Counted from the first letter of the stretch, positions 51,322 through 61,519 are shown. The stretch is 64,000 bases of DNA from Candidatus Poribacteria bacterium (GCA_965197475.1 CBDANF010000003.1:1536001-1600000); one strand, 5' to 3'. Numbers and translations: made by a program. The notes: generated by a model not told the origin, from the sequence alone.

Positions 51322-52746
51322 ATGAAACACATTCCAATTTTACGTGCAGGACGTTCATATAGAAGCTTGAACACTGTCAGCGTTCCACACATCAAAACAG
51401 GTGAACCGTTAGCTGAGGTCAGTCAAGCCAACACAGGCTTGATAGCCAAAGACCTCCGCGACTTACCACTCCACAAACGGACACTTGCCCAACATTCCGT
51501 TGGAGAATTGATTTCGATGTACAAGGATGCTGCGCGTCTATTCACGACCACTGATTTACCCCTTGATAGTAGAACACAATCTCCAGAGGATTATATTAAA
51601 CAGGTTTCAGGAACAACCGGCTTACCCGAAACACTCTGTCAACAGAACATGGGGAAGATTCAAGGCGTTTTAGAGAATATAGAACAGGTTTTAGACGGTC
51701 TAACACGTAGACTTGATTTGCGGATCCTTGACACAGGTTGGGATGTGCAAAACGAACGGACGTTAAGTTACGTTTGTGAAACAGATGCTCTCGGTGCTGT
51801 GCTGCCAAGCAATTCGCCCGGTGTTCATTCTTTGTGGATTCCTGCTGTCGCCTTAAAAGTACCGCTTGTACTAAAACCTGGGCGTGAGGAGCCGTGGACT
51901 CCTTATCGGATAGCACAAGCGTTTATGGCAGCGGGTGTGCCGCCAGAAGCGTTCGGTTTTTATCCGACCAATTATCCTGGTGCCAACGAAATCCTATTCC
52001 GTTGTGGGAGATCAATGCTATTTGGTGGCGGTTCAACAGTCGCCCCTTGGGTAAATGACCCGCGCGTGGAAATCCACGGACCGGGACGCAGCAAAATCAT
52101 TATTCATGACAGACAGAAGGAGAACTGGGAAGCATATCTCGATCTTATCGTAGAATCGGTTACCAAAAACGGCGGTAGATCATGCATTAATGCCTCTGGC
52201 GTGTGGGTAACAGCACATGGCAGGGATATTGCCGAAGCTTTAGCGGAACGCTTAGTGCTTCTTGAACCGAAACCACTTGATCATCCGGATGCTGGAATTG
52301 CAGCATGGGCAAATCCGAAGGCTGCTCACAGTATTTCATCACTGATTGACCAACATCTCGAACAATCCGGTGCAACAGAATTGACACACGGTGACCGAGT
52401 GGTTGAGTTAGATGGCTGCACCTTCCTCAGACCGACAGTTATCTGGTGTGAAGACTCTGAACATCCTTTGGCAAACACAGAATTTCCGTTTCCGTATGTA
52501 AGTGTCGTAGAAGTTCCTGCTGCGCAGTTGGTAGAATCTATTGGCGCAACATTGGTTGCTACCGTTATTACCGAAGATGCGGCACTCATTGATGCTCTCT
52601 TGGCAACACCTCTCATTGACCGACTGAATTTAGGCGCAATCCCTACGAATCAGATTTCTTGGGATAGTCCACACGAAGGCAATCTGTTTGAGCATCTCTA
52701 TAGACAACGCGCATTTCAACTGGATAACCTACTGAAACAACCTTAA
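51322..52746 (+). CDS. ALDH-superfamily acyl reductase (EhpG/GriD/LuxC-like)
   Basis: PSNSPG, LKPG, FGG, HGPGRS, catalytic GRSCINAS and EFPFP. Confidence 0.82.
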   Translation: MKHIPILRAGRSYRSLNTVSVPHIKTGEPLAEVSQANTGLIAKDLRDLPLHKRTLAQHSVGELISMYKDAARLFTTTDLPLDSRTQSPEDYIKQVSGTTGLPETLCQQNMGKIQGVLENIEQVLDGLTRRLDLRILDTGWDVQNERTLSYVCETDALGAVLPSNSPGVHSLWIPAVALKVPLVLKPGREEPWTPYRIAQAFMAAGVPPEAFGFYPTNYPGANEILFRCGRSMLFGGGSTVAPWVNDPRVEIHGPGRSKIIIHDRQKENWEAYLDLIVESVTKNGGRSCINASGVWVTAHGRDIAEALAERLVLLEPKPLDHPDAGIAAWANPKAAHSISSLIDQHLEQSGATELTHGDRVVELDGCTFLRPTVIWCEDSEHPLANTEFPFPYVSVVEVPAAQLVESIGATLVATVITEDAALIDALLATPLIDRLNLGAIPTNQISWDSPHEGNLFEHLYRQRAFQLDNLLKQP

Positions 52747-52778
52747 TGTTAAGATTTTAAAGGAGCCGTCAACACATT

Positions 52779-54272
52779 ATGATCGAAAACCCGAATGTCA
52801 TTCTCATTTACGGCGACGACCTCGGACGCGGTATGCTAAGTTGCTATGGACAGCAACATTTTGAAACACCGAATATTGACCGCCTTGCTAACGAAGGGAT
52901 GAGGTTCAACCATGCATACGGGTGTGCGTTCTGCGCGCCATCTCGTGCAAGCATGTTGACGGGACTCCACGATTGCCATAAGGGAACATGGACATATACT
53001 CAGGGAGGACTCTACAAAAGGATCAGTACTGGTGAAATGACACTGAGTCAAATTACAGAGTCGATCCATACAACAGGTCTTCAGGCAGGACCGGACGACA
53101 TCTTTTTGGCGCAAATCGCTGAAGAGGCAGGTTACGCCACAGGACAGATCGGGAAGCTTGAATGGGGTTTTGCCACAACATCAGAGCGGATTCGTCGCCA
53201 CGGTTGGCAGTATCACTACGGTTACTATGATCATCAGCGTTGTCACGGCTTTTACCCGCCTTTTCTTTTTGAGAACGGACAACAGACAAACATTCGTGGA
53301 AATACACATGCGGACTGCGCGAAGCATCCAAATACGGAATCTGATGAAAATATGGAGATCCGTAGGAATCGTAAAGGCAAAACGGTATATTCGCAGGACA
53401 TATTCAACGATAAAATCATAGAATTCCTTCGCGACCATAAGGATAAACCTTTCTTTCTCTATCATCCTTCCCAGTTGCCACACGGACCGATTGCCATCCC
53501 TGAGATTCATCCATCAGTGAAACAATCATCCGAATTGACGATTTATGAAAAAGAATACGCTTCCATGATCCTGAAACTGGATCAGACAGTTGGAATCATC
53601 TTAGACGAACTCCAACGACTTGGAATTGACGATCGTACGATGATCGTCTTTTGTTCTGATAATGGTCATGAAGTGTATTACCGACAGGAAGGGCGAACTT
53701 CTGGTCGACAGAAGAGTTTGGATGGCGAATCGTTTGATGAAATCAGGACAAAATTCTATTCAGAAATAGGTGGTGATGTTTTTAACGGGAACGATGGTAT
53801 GGGAGGCTTGAAGTTTTCAAGTTGGGAAGGTGGAACACGAATTCCATACATTATCCGCTTACCAAGAATGATTAAACCGGACAGTGTGTCTAACCACATG
53901 CTCGCAAACTACGATCTGATGCCAACGCTTGCAGACATCATCGGCGTGGAAGTACCGCAAGCCAAAGATGGTGTGTCGTTCTTGCCTACTTTGATGGAAC
54001 AAGATGAGGAGCAACAATGCCATGATTGGATTGTATACGCTTCAAGACTTGGTCCTGCTTTGGTGACATCGGATGGTTGGAAGCTGCGTTATATCAACGA
54101 AATGGATAGTTTCCAGTTATATCAACTTAATCACGACTACCGCGAAGAGAACGACATTTCAGCAAATCACCCCGACATCGTTTCGCGACTCAGTAAATGG
54201 ATGCTCAATGCTTGTGACGAAGATTATCAAAATGGTACGCCTGGTGCACATTTGAGAAAAGTACAAAAGTAA
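52779..54272 (+). CDS. Formylglycine-dependent sulfatase
   Basis: PNVILIYGDDLG, CAPSRASMLTG, SDNG and WEGGTRIP. Confidence 0.95.
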   Translation: MIENPNVILIYGDDLGRGMLSCYGQQHFETPNIDRLANEGMRFNHAYGCAFCAPSRASMLTGLHDCHKGTWTYTQGGLYKRISTGEMTLSQITESIHTTGLQAGPDDIFLAQIAEEAGYATGQIGKLEWGFATTSERIRRHGWQYHYGYYDHQRCHGFYPPFLFENGQQTNIRGNTHADCAKHPNTESDENMEIRRNRKGKTVYSQDIFNDKIIEFLRDHKDKPFFLYHPSQLPHGPIAIPEIHPSVKQSSELTIYEKEYASMILKLDQTVGIILDELQRLGIDDRTMIVFCSDNGHEVYYRQEGRTSGRQKSLDGESFDEIRTKFYSEIGGDVFNGNDGMGGLKFSSWEGGTRIPYIIRLPRMIKPDSVSNHMLANYDLMPTLADIIGVEVPQAKDGVSFLPTLMEQDEEQQCHDWIVYASRLGPALVTSDGWKLRYINEMDSFQLYQLNHDYREENDISANHPDIVSRLSKWMLNACDEDYQNGTPGAHLRKVQK

Positions 54273-54357
54273 TTTCGAACCTTCTCATATTATTGAAAAC
54301 CACGTATTTCATCAAATCCAAATTCATTGTCGCAAAAGACGCGTGATAAATATACAT

Positions 54358-54410
54358 TGTAGCACAATCTGTTAGATTGTGCTTTACGCAAACTGACAGT
54401 TTGCGCTACA
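54358..54410. repeat. Inverted pair of GTAG-type REP hairpins
   Basis: TGTAGCACAATCTgttAGATTGTGC and GCAAACTgacAGTTTGCGCTACA. Confidence 0.7.
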
Positions 54411-54522
54411 AGACCACCGTGAATAATGAACCACCCTCGATTAATTGTTTCATCTATTCTAATCAACCGCACTATGTTGACAGAAAAATAACATAGCGTA
54501 TATAGAAAAGGAGTATCTATTA

Positions 54523-55803
54523 ATGAAAATTTTGTCTATAGTATCAATCGTAGTTCTAATTGCTTTAGCTGCTGGATGCGATGAAATGCAACAGCAAGTT
54601 ATAAAACCTGTGATGATGCCTGACGACGAGGATCCAAAGGACAAACCCGCTGTTGAGACCGAAACTCCAAAGGATGATCCCAATGTTGATGACGAGGATC
54701 CAAAGGATGATCCCCTTATTGACGACGAAGATCCAAAAGAGGATCCCCCTGTTGAACCTGAAACGCCCGCCGCAGCGTTTGTAAGTGCGACACCCTCAAG
54801 CGGAGATATATCGGAAGACGGTAGTATCAGCCTCACATTTGACAACGACCCTGGGGACGTAACAGTTAGTACAGGTACAGTCGCAGGGGTTGGTGAATCG
54901 CGGACTATCAACGGTCCTTTCCCCGTTGGTGCGCTTGCCCTTACAATCGCGTGGACAAACGGCAACGGAAGCCACACGCTTAACTATAACGTTATTGCCG
55001 TAGATGTTACCCCACTAGTGGTCACCTCCAGCGATCCTATAGATGGTACAGTAGATGTTGACCCCACCGAAGTGTTTGAGAACGGGATAGAGATCACCTT
55101 CAGTAAACCTGTCACCGGAGACCTTAGGCTTATGGATGGCGACGATGATGTCGGTTGGACAGTTGCCTTTGAAGGGGATAGAGTCACCCTCACAGGGAAT
55201 GCTGGGCAAGAGCTCAGCCACGAAACGATGTACGAGATCGTGGGGACTGTCAGCGATAGTGCTGACAACGAAGCCGAAATCAGCATCACCTTCACAACCG
55301 AATTAGCACCTGCACCGCCCCCTACGCCTGTGACACTGGATCCGGGAGAAGGATTAAGTATCGGTGCCGAAGCACCAGATTTTACGTTGCCTGACGGTAG
55401 TGGAACCAACCACACCCTTTCGGACAGCATCGGTAGCAGTAAAGTGGTGCTCGTGTTCTTTAGGGGCAAATTCTGACCGGAGTGTAGGAAGCAACTCGTC
55501 GAGTTGCAAAAAAACTACGATGAAATTATAGAAGCAGGCGGATCACCTATCGCTATCAGCGTTGATGGCACCACTACCACCCAGGAAACAGTTGATAGGG
55601 ATAGTCTCACGTTCACCGTGTTATCTGATAGCGGCAAATCGGCAATTTCTGCTTACAACGTTGTATCTCAAAGTAATACCAATCTTGCCCGACCTTCAGT
55701 CTTTATCATTAAGACGGATGGGACGATTGGATGGAAATCTCTTGATTCTGAGTATTCAAGGGTTGCTACTTCCAGCATTATAAGTGCATTGGAAGATCTC
55801 TAA
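54523..55803 (+). CDS. Selenoprotein: lipoprotein with acidic repeats, Ig-like domains and an AhpC/TSA domain with UxxC
   Basis: In-frame TGA at 55474 in FFRGKF-U-PEC-RKQL; the downstream ORF 55504-55803 is in the same frame; GAEAPDFTLPD, AISVD and ARPSVFII motifs; lipobox AAGC. Confidence 0.88.
55491..55507 (+). promoter_or_regulatory. Bacterial SECIS-like hairpin
   Basis: GCAACTC-GTC-GAGTTGC perfect 7-bp stem with a G-starting loop, 14 nt after UGA. Confidence 0.78.
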
Positions 55804-55892
55804 TATTTCTTTTCGCAATGAGTATTATTTGACGAAAATATCATAATGTGATTTTTTGCATCACGATTTATTAATATGATTTGCAATACTGG

Positions 55893-55928
55893 AAAAAGCA
55901 GTCTATGACTACACATAGACTGCTTTTT
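55893..55928. terminator. Bidirectional terminator hairpin
   Basis: AAAAAGCAGTCTATG / CATAGACTGCTTTTT perfect inverted repeat. Confidence 0.75.
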
Positions 55929-55965
55929 GACTTGACAGAAATATGTAAATTCTGCTATAATACAA

Positions 55966-56172
55966 TGTGGGAAATATGTTATTTGCGTAGCAAACGTAAC
56001 TTGTGTTCAGCAAGCCTTAATTGGCGTTGCATGTCTTTCAAGTTACGTATAAACCTTTGATTTCTTATCTTAGCCATTGCTTGCTTATGGCATATTTGGT
56101 TTTTGGTCAAAGCCACGATTGACACCTCCCATACTTGGCAGTGTTTGTTTGCTTAGCACTGCCATTCTTTTT
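55966..56172 (+). ncRNA. Candidate multi-stem ncRNA with its own promoter and terminator
   Basis: TTGACA-18-(TGc)TATAAT at 55932-55961; several nested helices; terminator TGGCAGTG/CACTGCCA plus T-tract. Confidence 0.55.
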
Positions 56173-57043
56173 ATCCTATTATAATTATAACATATATTCT
56201 TCATATCAGGAGACGTGTATATCACATTTAGAAAATATACGTTGGGGTAACAATCCAGAGTGCCCACATTGCGGTAGTTTCAAAATTAATCGTAGGAATG
56301 AAACCGAAACAGGTAAAATTGGTAGATGGGGTTGTCAAGAATGTAGAGCATCGTTCCGTGTGTTGCATGGCACCTTGTTTCACGGAACTAAAATACCTCT
56401 TCGAAAGTGGTTTTTAGCAATATCTTTGATGATAAACGCTAAGAAAAGTTTATCCAGTCATCAATTAGCACGTGATTTGGAATTGAATCAGAAAACGGCA
56501 TGGTCTATGATGCAAAAAATCCGTGCGGAGATGGCAACGAAAGGTAATACGTTGTTGAAAGGTATTATTGAGGCAGATGAAACATATATAGGCGGCAAGC
56601 CAAGAAAAAGGAATAAAAAGGAGGATCGAGAACCTGTCAAGCGTGGTCGTGGCACATCAAAAACTGCAATTATAGGTGTTGTTGAGAGAGGCGGTCAGGT
56701 TATTGCTAAAGTAACGGAGAATTTGACAGGTCGTGATATACTTAAGTTTATTAGGAAACATGTTAATTTGGCAGAATCTGAGTTAATGACTGATGAATTC
56801 AGGTCATATCAGCGTGTTGGCAAAGAAATAAAGCATCACATCATTAACCACAAGGAGCAATATGTAGATGGTGAAGTTCACACAAACACAATAGAAGGCT
56901 TTTGGAGTTTATTAAAACGTGCTTGGTATGGAACGCATCACCATTATTCTGTGACGTGGACACCTCTATATGTGGCAGAGGCATGCTATAATATAACTAC
57001 CGAGAAACCAACATCTTTGAGAAGTTTCTCACCGAAAGTATAA
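56135..57043 (+). pseudogene. IS1595 transposase lacking the normal N-terminus and frameshifted near the C-terminus
   Basis: CPHC zinc ribbon, EADETY, TDE and HTNTIEGFW; lacks MDLxKVMERFPD; ACY(K)YNY has lost one A. Confidence 0.85.
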
Positions 57044-57267
57044 CGTGAGAAATCTGAAAAATAAAAACTTCCAAGTCCAAAACGACTTATTGCGAAAAAT
57101 AATGCCGCACTAATTGCAAAATAAATTAAACAAGTATTTATTGCAATTTCGTTTTCTGTGCCTTTATATTTATAATAACGTTCTAAATCGCCTATTCCAA
57201 GAACAAAAAAACTGGTGATAAAGAAGTTGCAACAAAACAGATTCTTATTAATATTGTGAATGACCAA
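56986..57267 (-). CDS. Small hydrophobic cargo ORF
   Basis: Two hydrophobic stretches; start uncertain. Confidence 0.35.
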   Translation of the reverse strand: MVIHNINKNLFCCNFFITSFFVLGIGDLERYYKYKGTENEIAINTCLIYFAISAALFFAISRFGLGSFYFSDFSRYTFGEKLLKDVGFSVVIL

Positions 57268-57469
57268 TGCAAAAATTTACCAAACATGTTGAATCCTCCA
57301 AAGATGGATTATTACGAATTACATAAATATAACACGTTGGTAAATTATATCATACTGGACAATATATTGCAAGTTGCAATCATGTAGATTTTTACAAAAT
57401 TTTCTTTTTCAGGTTTTTGACATGAAAATTGCCATAAATCCAGTCTGTATATGCGTTTTCGCTTGACAA

Positions 57470-57775
57470 TCATGCTGCATACTGATATAATATATATGGA
57501 ATTTTGATGGTTTTTGAAAGATGATTTAATTTCGTTTTTGCGTCTTTATCATCAAGTGAAAATCCGAGATTTTTTTCAATATTGCTGATATGATATTCTT
57601 TTATAATCTTCAGCAATCGTTTTTCTTGGTTTATTTCACGTATCTGATTTTCCAGTTCCAACCTTTCTTTTTGCATTATGAAAAGCGGATCGTTAAATAG
57701 TTCGTCCGCATTTTTAAATTCTATAATAAGATCTTGATATATAAAAGTGATCATGGTTTGTTTCCTTTTATTCAA
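57470..57775 (-). CDS. Small coiled-coil cargo ORF
   Basis: 101-aa AT-rich ORF; internal AAGGA-ATG. Confidence 0.45.
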   Translation of the reverse strand: MNKRKQTMITFIYQDLIIEFKNADELFNDPLFIMQKERLELENQIREINQEKRLLKIIKEYHISNIEKNLGFSLDDKDAKTKLNHLSKTIKIPYILYQYAA

Positions 57776-58013
57776 GGCACTTTAATCAACTGTAGGAGCC
57801 GTTTGCTCCTGCAGTTGTTGTGCTTTGAATAGATTTAAAATTTTGTATTCTTTAAGTATATCATATTTTCGATCAAAAGCCTACAAAATTTCACTACGCC
57901 TAAAACTATTCGCAGCATTTATTTTTTAACGCAATGAGTAGTTTTGGACTTGATAAATTTGAGAAAAATTTTTCACTTGACAAAATCCTGCCAGTATAGT
58001 ATCCTATTAACAT

Positions 58014-58092
58014 CACGAATTTTGGTAGAGAATGTTAGCCGCGTCGCAAGGCGCGGTCTCTACCTCAACCGCCTAACATCGGAAAATTCGTG
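58014..58092 (+). ncRNA. Candidate pseudoknotted RNA
   Basis: P1 58014-23/58083-92, P2 58024-31/58057-64, GCAA-capped hairpin, and ATGTTAG/CTAACAT loop pairing; follows TTGACA-17-TATCCT. Confidence 0.6.
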
Positions 58093-58175
58093 TGTGTGAA
58101 TTCGTGAATCAATGCAACACATTTCATATATTTTATGGACTCACACAATGGAGTCTTTGCATCTAAAACCCCATT

Positions 58176-58668
58176 GTGCTGTGTCCTATGCCAAAGGAGT
58201 TTAGGATGCACAAAAAAGTTGGACCTGGTGGCGTTATTCTTAATCCTGTAAGCACACCACCGTGGGAATCACCAATAGATGAGGTTATAATACCTCCAGC
58301 ATTGTCACGTCCAGATGAATTTAAAACCAACTGGAAACAATTGTCGTTTTCATTCAAAGGTAGAATAAACCGAAAAGACTTTTGGATATATTTCTTAGGT
58401 ACTGGTTTATTATACATAACTTTTTGGGGCATTTTTGATATATACAGTAGGTGAAATTGCGTATTACGCTTTTATGATACCAATTAGTATCGTGAAATTC
58501 TTCTGGTGTGATAACGCTGTTATCGTGAAACGATGCCATGATTTTGGTAGATCTGCTTGGTATCTTATCCTATTTTACATACCTCCGATTGGTATAGTCA
58601 TTTGGTTTATGCTTGCTTTCAGTAAAGGTGATCCCGAACCAAACAAGTATGGCAACCCACCTAAATAA
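58176..58668 (+). pseudogene. DUF805 membrane protein, frameshifted
   Basis: FSFKGRINRKDFW in one frame; VKRCHDFGRSAW...KGDPEPNKYG in another. Confidence 0.8.
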
Positions 58669-58717
58669 CCCAACAACGAGGGGACTCTGTCCCCTCTAAC
58701 CACAAAGGAGAAATCCG

Positions 58718-58969
58718 ATGAATAATTTAGTCCAAGAACAACAAGGACAACTTCAACGAAAAGAAGATATTCAGAAAGGAGTAGCAGAACTTTTAATTAC
58801 TCCACTTCTGGATGACCTTGAAAAAGCATATAACGATTTTAAAAGTAAAGATTTAAAATCTATCCATCAACTAACACAGGCTTTGAGTATATTTGTGAAA
58901 AAGACAAATGAAATTAATTCACAAGTTAGTTATGTGAATAGTGTTCTTAATTATCTTTCACAGAATTAA
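58718..58969 (+). CDS. Small helical cargo protein
   Basis: AAGGAG RBS; 83 aa. Confidence 0.6.
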   Translation: MNNLVQEQQGQLQRKEDIQKGVAELLITPLLDDLEKAYNDFKSKDLKSIHQLTQALSIFVKKTNEINSQVSYVNSVLNYLSQN

Positions 58970-59132
58970 CCTTTTGACACATTTCATCAATAAGATGAAG
59001 ACCTTTGTTAAGTCTTTTTGTGTCACCGATATTCGTTCTTTTTACTAAATCAGTCATAGGACCGCGTAGGAATTGGATATGTTGTTCTTTACTGCGTGGT
59101 CCTTCTTTTCTTACTTCAATTTGTTCACTCAT
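58947..59132 (-). CDS. Small ORF translationally coupled to the transposase
   Basis: ATGA overlap with the transposase stop. Confidence 0.45.
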   Translation of the reverse strand: MSEQIEVRKEGPRSKEQHIQFLRGPMTDLVKRTNIGDTKRLNKGLHLIDEMCQKVNSVKDN

Positions 59133-60009
59133 CTCATACTTTCATTGACAAACTTATCAAAGATGCTGTCAACGCTCCTATAGTTATACTTATAGCACGC
59201 TTCCGCCACATATAGCGGTGTGTATCCTGTCTGATAGTGGTGATGACTTCCATACCAAGCGCGTTTGAGAAGCGACCAGAAGCCCTCAATCGTGTTCGTA
59301 TGGACATCACCCTCAGCAAACTGCACCTTGTGGTTGATAACAGCGTGCTTCATTTCTTTCCCAATAGCGTTGTAAGCCTGATATTCATCGGTTATTAGTT
59401 CCGATTTTTTAGGTTTACAGCACTCCGAATAAACTCAAGGATAGTGCGTCCTGTGAGGTTGTGTGCCACTTGTGCGACAACCCTACCTCCACGCTGCACT
59501 GCTCCTATTATAGCAGTTTTTTCAGTGCCTCTGCCACGTTTATGTGGTTCATCATCTTCACGTTTGTTCTTTTTACGAGGTTTACCGCCAATATAGGTCT
59601 CATCTGCTTCAATGATACCTTGTAGTAAAGCCCCGCCTTTCTTCGCCATTTCAGCACGGATACGAGTCATTATAAACCATGCTGTCTTTTGATTCAAGTC
59701 TAAATCGCGCGCAAGTTGATGACTTGACAAACTTTTCTTCGCATTCGTTATCAACGAAATAGCTAAAAACCACTTCTGTAACACTACCTTTGTCCCGTGA
59801 AACACCGACCTGCACGTCACCTTGAAACTCACTTGGCACTCGTGGCAGTTCCAACGACCGATACGACCGATCTTTGTCTCCTCACGCCTGCCCACATGAC
59901 CGCTTTCACAATGCGGACACACAGGTTTACCTCGCCAACGAATCTTCTCTAAATGCGAAATACAACTCTCTTGATCCGGGAAACGTTCCATCACCTTCAA
60001 CAAATCCAT
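59129..60009 (-). pseudogene. IS1595 transposase with a one-base frameshift in an A6 run
   Basis: The two ORFs join at about 59405-59410 (NLK.SELITDEY); complete DDE motifs. Confidence 0.88.
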
Positions 60010-60227
60010 CAGATAACTCCTTGAAATAGGAGTTGCTTTTTCTGACGGACTTCTGATACAATATCAGATAAGATTAAACCTTCAGAAAGCAACTCTGCTT
60101 TTTGGGTTAATTGGGAGGCTACAACCTCCCTTTTTTCTTATCTATATTATACCATATAAACCCAGTGGACACAAGGCTTTATAGCGATTTTTAAAATTTT
60201 TTATCAAGTCCAAAACTACTCATTGCG

Positions 60228-60772
60228 TAGAATTTTGGAGTGAGGGCAACCGACTTGGGGATGAGGTTCGTAAGACATACCAAGATAAGTACGGAGACTC
60301 ACAAACTACGCCACCGATGCACGTAATTGCCGAGTACGTCAATGCAGAGGCAGAACAAAATGAACGTTTCAACGAAACGTACTTAAACCAACAGATTACG
60401 CAAGGGAAACGCGCACGTGCAATAACCCGTATCTCACCTGTCGCGATTGTCCAACACCTTTTCGAATCTTTTGCCGGGACAGGGTTAGAACGGCATCTGC
60501 AATTTATTGAGAATGTGAAACGTTATGCTCGTGAATATCGAGATTTTGTAATTGATACTGACAGGGCGGATCCGATCAGCCTTCATGCTATTGGGGTGCC
60601 TGAGGGTATGTCGCAAAAGCCTGTCAGTCCAAAGGCGATTCCCAAATTTAAAGATAAACTCAGTCTCAACCGAGATTTCAACGCTGCGGCGATGGACTTA
60701 CTACTGTTGGTGCTGTTTCTAGTCGTGCTGTTTTCAGGGGCGTATCTTGCGTTTGTCCGCGTTGAAGTTTGA
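60228..60772 (+). pseudogene. 3' part of an ABC-2-type permease gene truncated by the IS
   Basis: Frame stays open back to the IS end (EFWSEGNRL...); RISP...ESFAGTG; C-terminal TM helix then FVRVEV. Confidence 0.7.
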
Positions 60773-60988
60773 AAATAGTTTAGGCAAAAAATTCACTCAT
60801 TTGGTGGATAGCTCCCAGAGCGTGCCTGCTGCTTTCAAATCAACACTTAGTGAACGGATAGCAAACGTTGAATTGACACTTGTAGGTTTCACTTTGTTCA
60901 ACCTAACTTACATGATGAACCAACTTTTATACAGCACTCACGTTGTAGTACGATACATTTTTTTAACACCTTTGCACTTTTAGCTCAG

Positions 60989-61109
60989 CAGAACTTACGC
61001 AAATTGGGCAGAAAAAGGAAATATTGGACTTAAAAAGTCGTTATTTAGGTATTTTAACCCCCTAAATCCCTCTTATCAAGGGACTTTTGAACCTAATGCG
61101 TAAGTCCTA
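60989..61109. mobile_element. MITE family B, copy 2 (121 bp)
   Basis: TIR CAGAACTTACGCA / TGCGTAAGTCCTA; 6-bp TSD GCTCAG. Confidence 0.88.
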
Positions 61110-61357
61110 GCTCAGTATGAGCACTAATTCAATTAATTTCGTGCGATTTTCCATTTTTACTATCCTTTTACGTTTTGCAGACTCTATTTCGTAACACAAC
61201 AAAAATTGGAGGAATTGAAAATGACAACCACATTGATTATCGGAATAAGTAGTTTTGGACATAAGAAAAACAGCATAAAATCAGACATAGACTGACATCG
61301 TAAGGGCTTCCTGACGAGGAAGATAATTGTTAGACCATTTCTTTTGATGGGAATTGG

Positions 61358-61480
61358 TTATAGATTGTGTTTAATCTTAAGTAGATAATTTTCAATAATC
61401 ATCATAATTAAACGCGATTCTATCACGTTTTGTCCTGCTTTTATTTCGTTGAGCAGGAACTGATTATTTTGGTTATACAT
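61358..61480 (-). CDS. Unlisted 40-aa small protein
   Basis: AAGGAGGTG RBS; MYNQNNQFLLNEIKAGQNVIESRLIMMIIENYLLKIKHNL. Confidence 0.55.
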   Translation of the reverse strand: MYNQNNQFLLNEIKAGQNVIESRLIMMIIENYLLKIKHNL

Positions 61481-61519
61481 AACTATCACCTCCTTTTATT
61501 TGAGTTAAAAGAGGTGGTC

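Larger units (their letters stand above)
55814..57917 (+). mobile_element. Degenerate IS1595-family element 1 with cargo
   Basis: Left end CGCAATGAGTA matches the element 2 TIR; weak right end near 57897-57917; near-TSD TTTCTTTT/TTTATTTT. Confidence 0.6.
57930..60227 (-). mobile_element. IS1595-family element 2 with passenger genes
   Basis: Perfect 28-bp TIR CGCAATGAGTAGTTTTGGACTTGATAAA; no TSD. Confidence 0.9.

Noticed and set aside
49339-52746. Bacterial bioluminescence (luxCE) or phenazine cluster
   Set aside because: No luxAB/luxD or phz core genes in the window; motifs fit EhpF/GriC and EhpG/GriD-type proteins better
54620-54750. Spaced direct repeats (GACGAGGATCCAAAGGA) as a mini-CRISPR
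   Set aside because: They are in frame and encode DDEDPKD peptide repeats of the lipoprotein
54459-55469. Long antisense ORFs here and opposite glnA, dcd and the propeller genes
   Set aside because: Shadow ORFs of well-supported genes; no RBS or recognisable motifs
55504-55803. Independent 99-aa gene
   Set aside because: No RBS, and it is in frame with the upstream ORF across a UGA at a CxxC position; it is part of the selenoprotein
59395-59415. Programmed frameshift in the IS1595 transposase
   Set aside because: The paralog at 61870-62751 is one continuous ORF, so a homopolymer deletion is more likely
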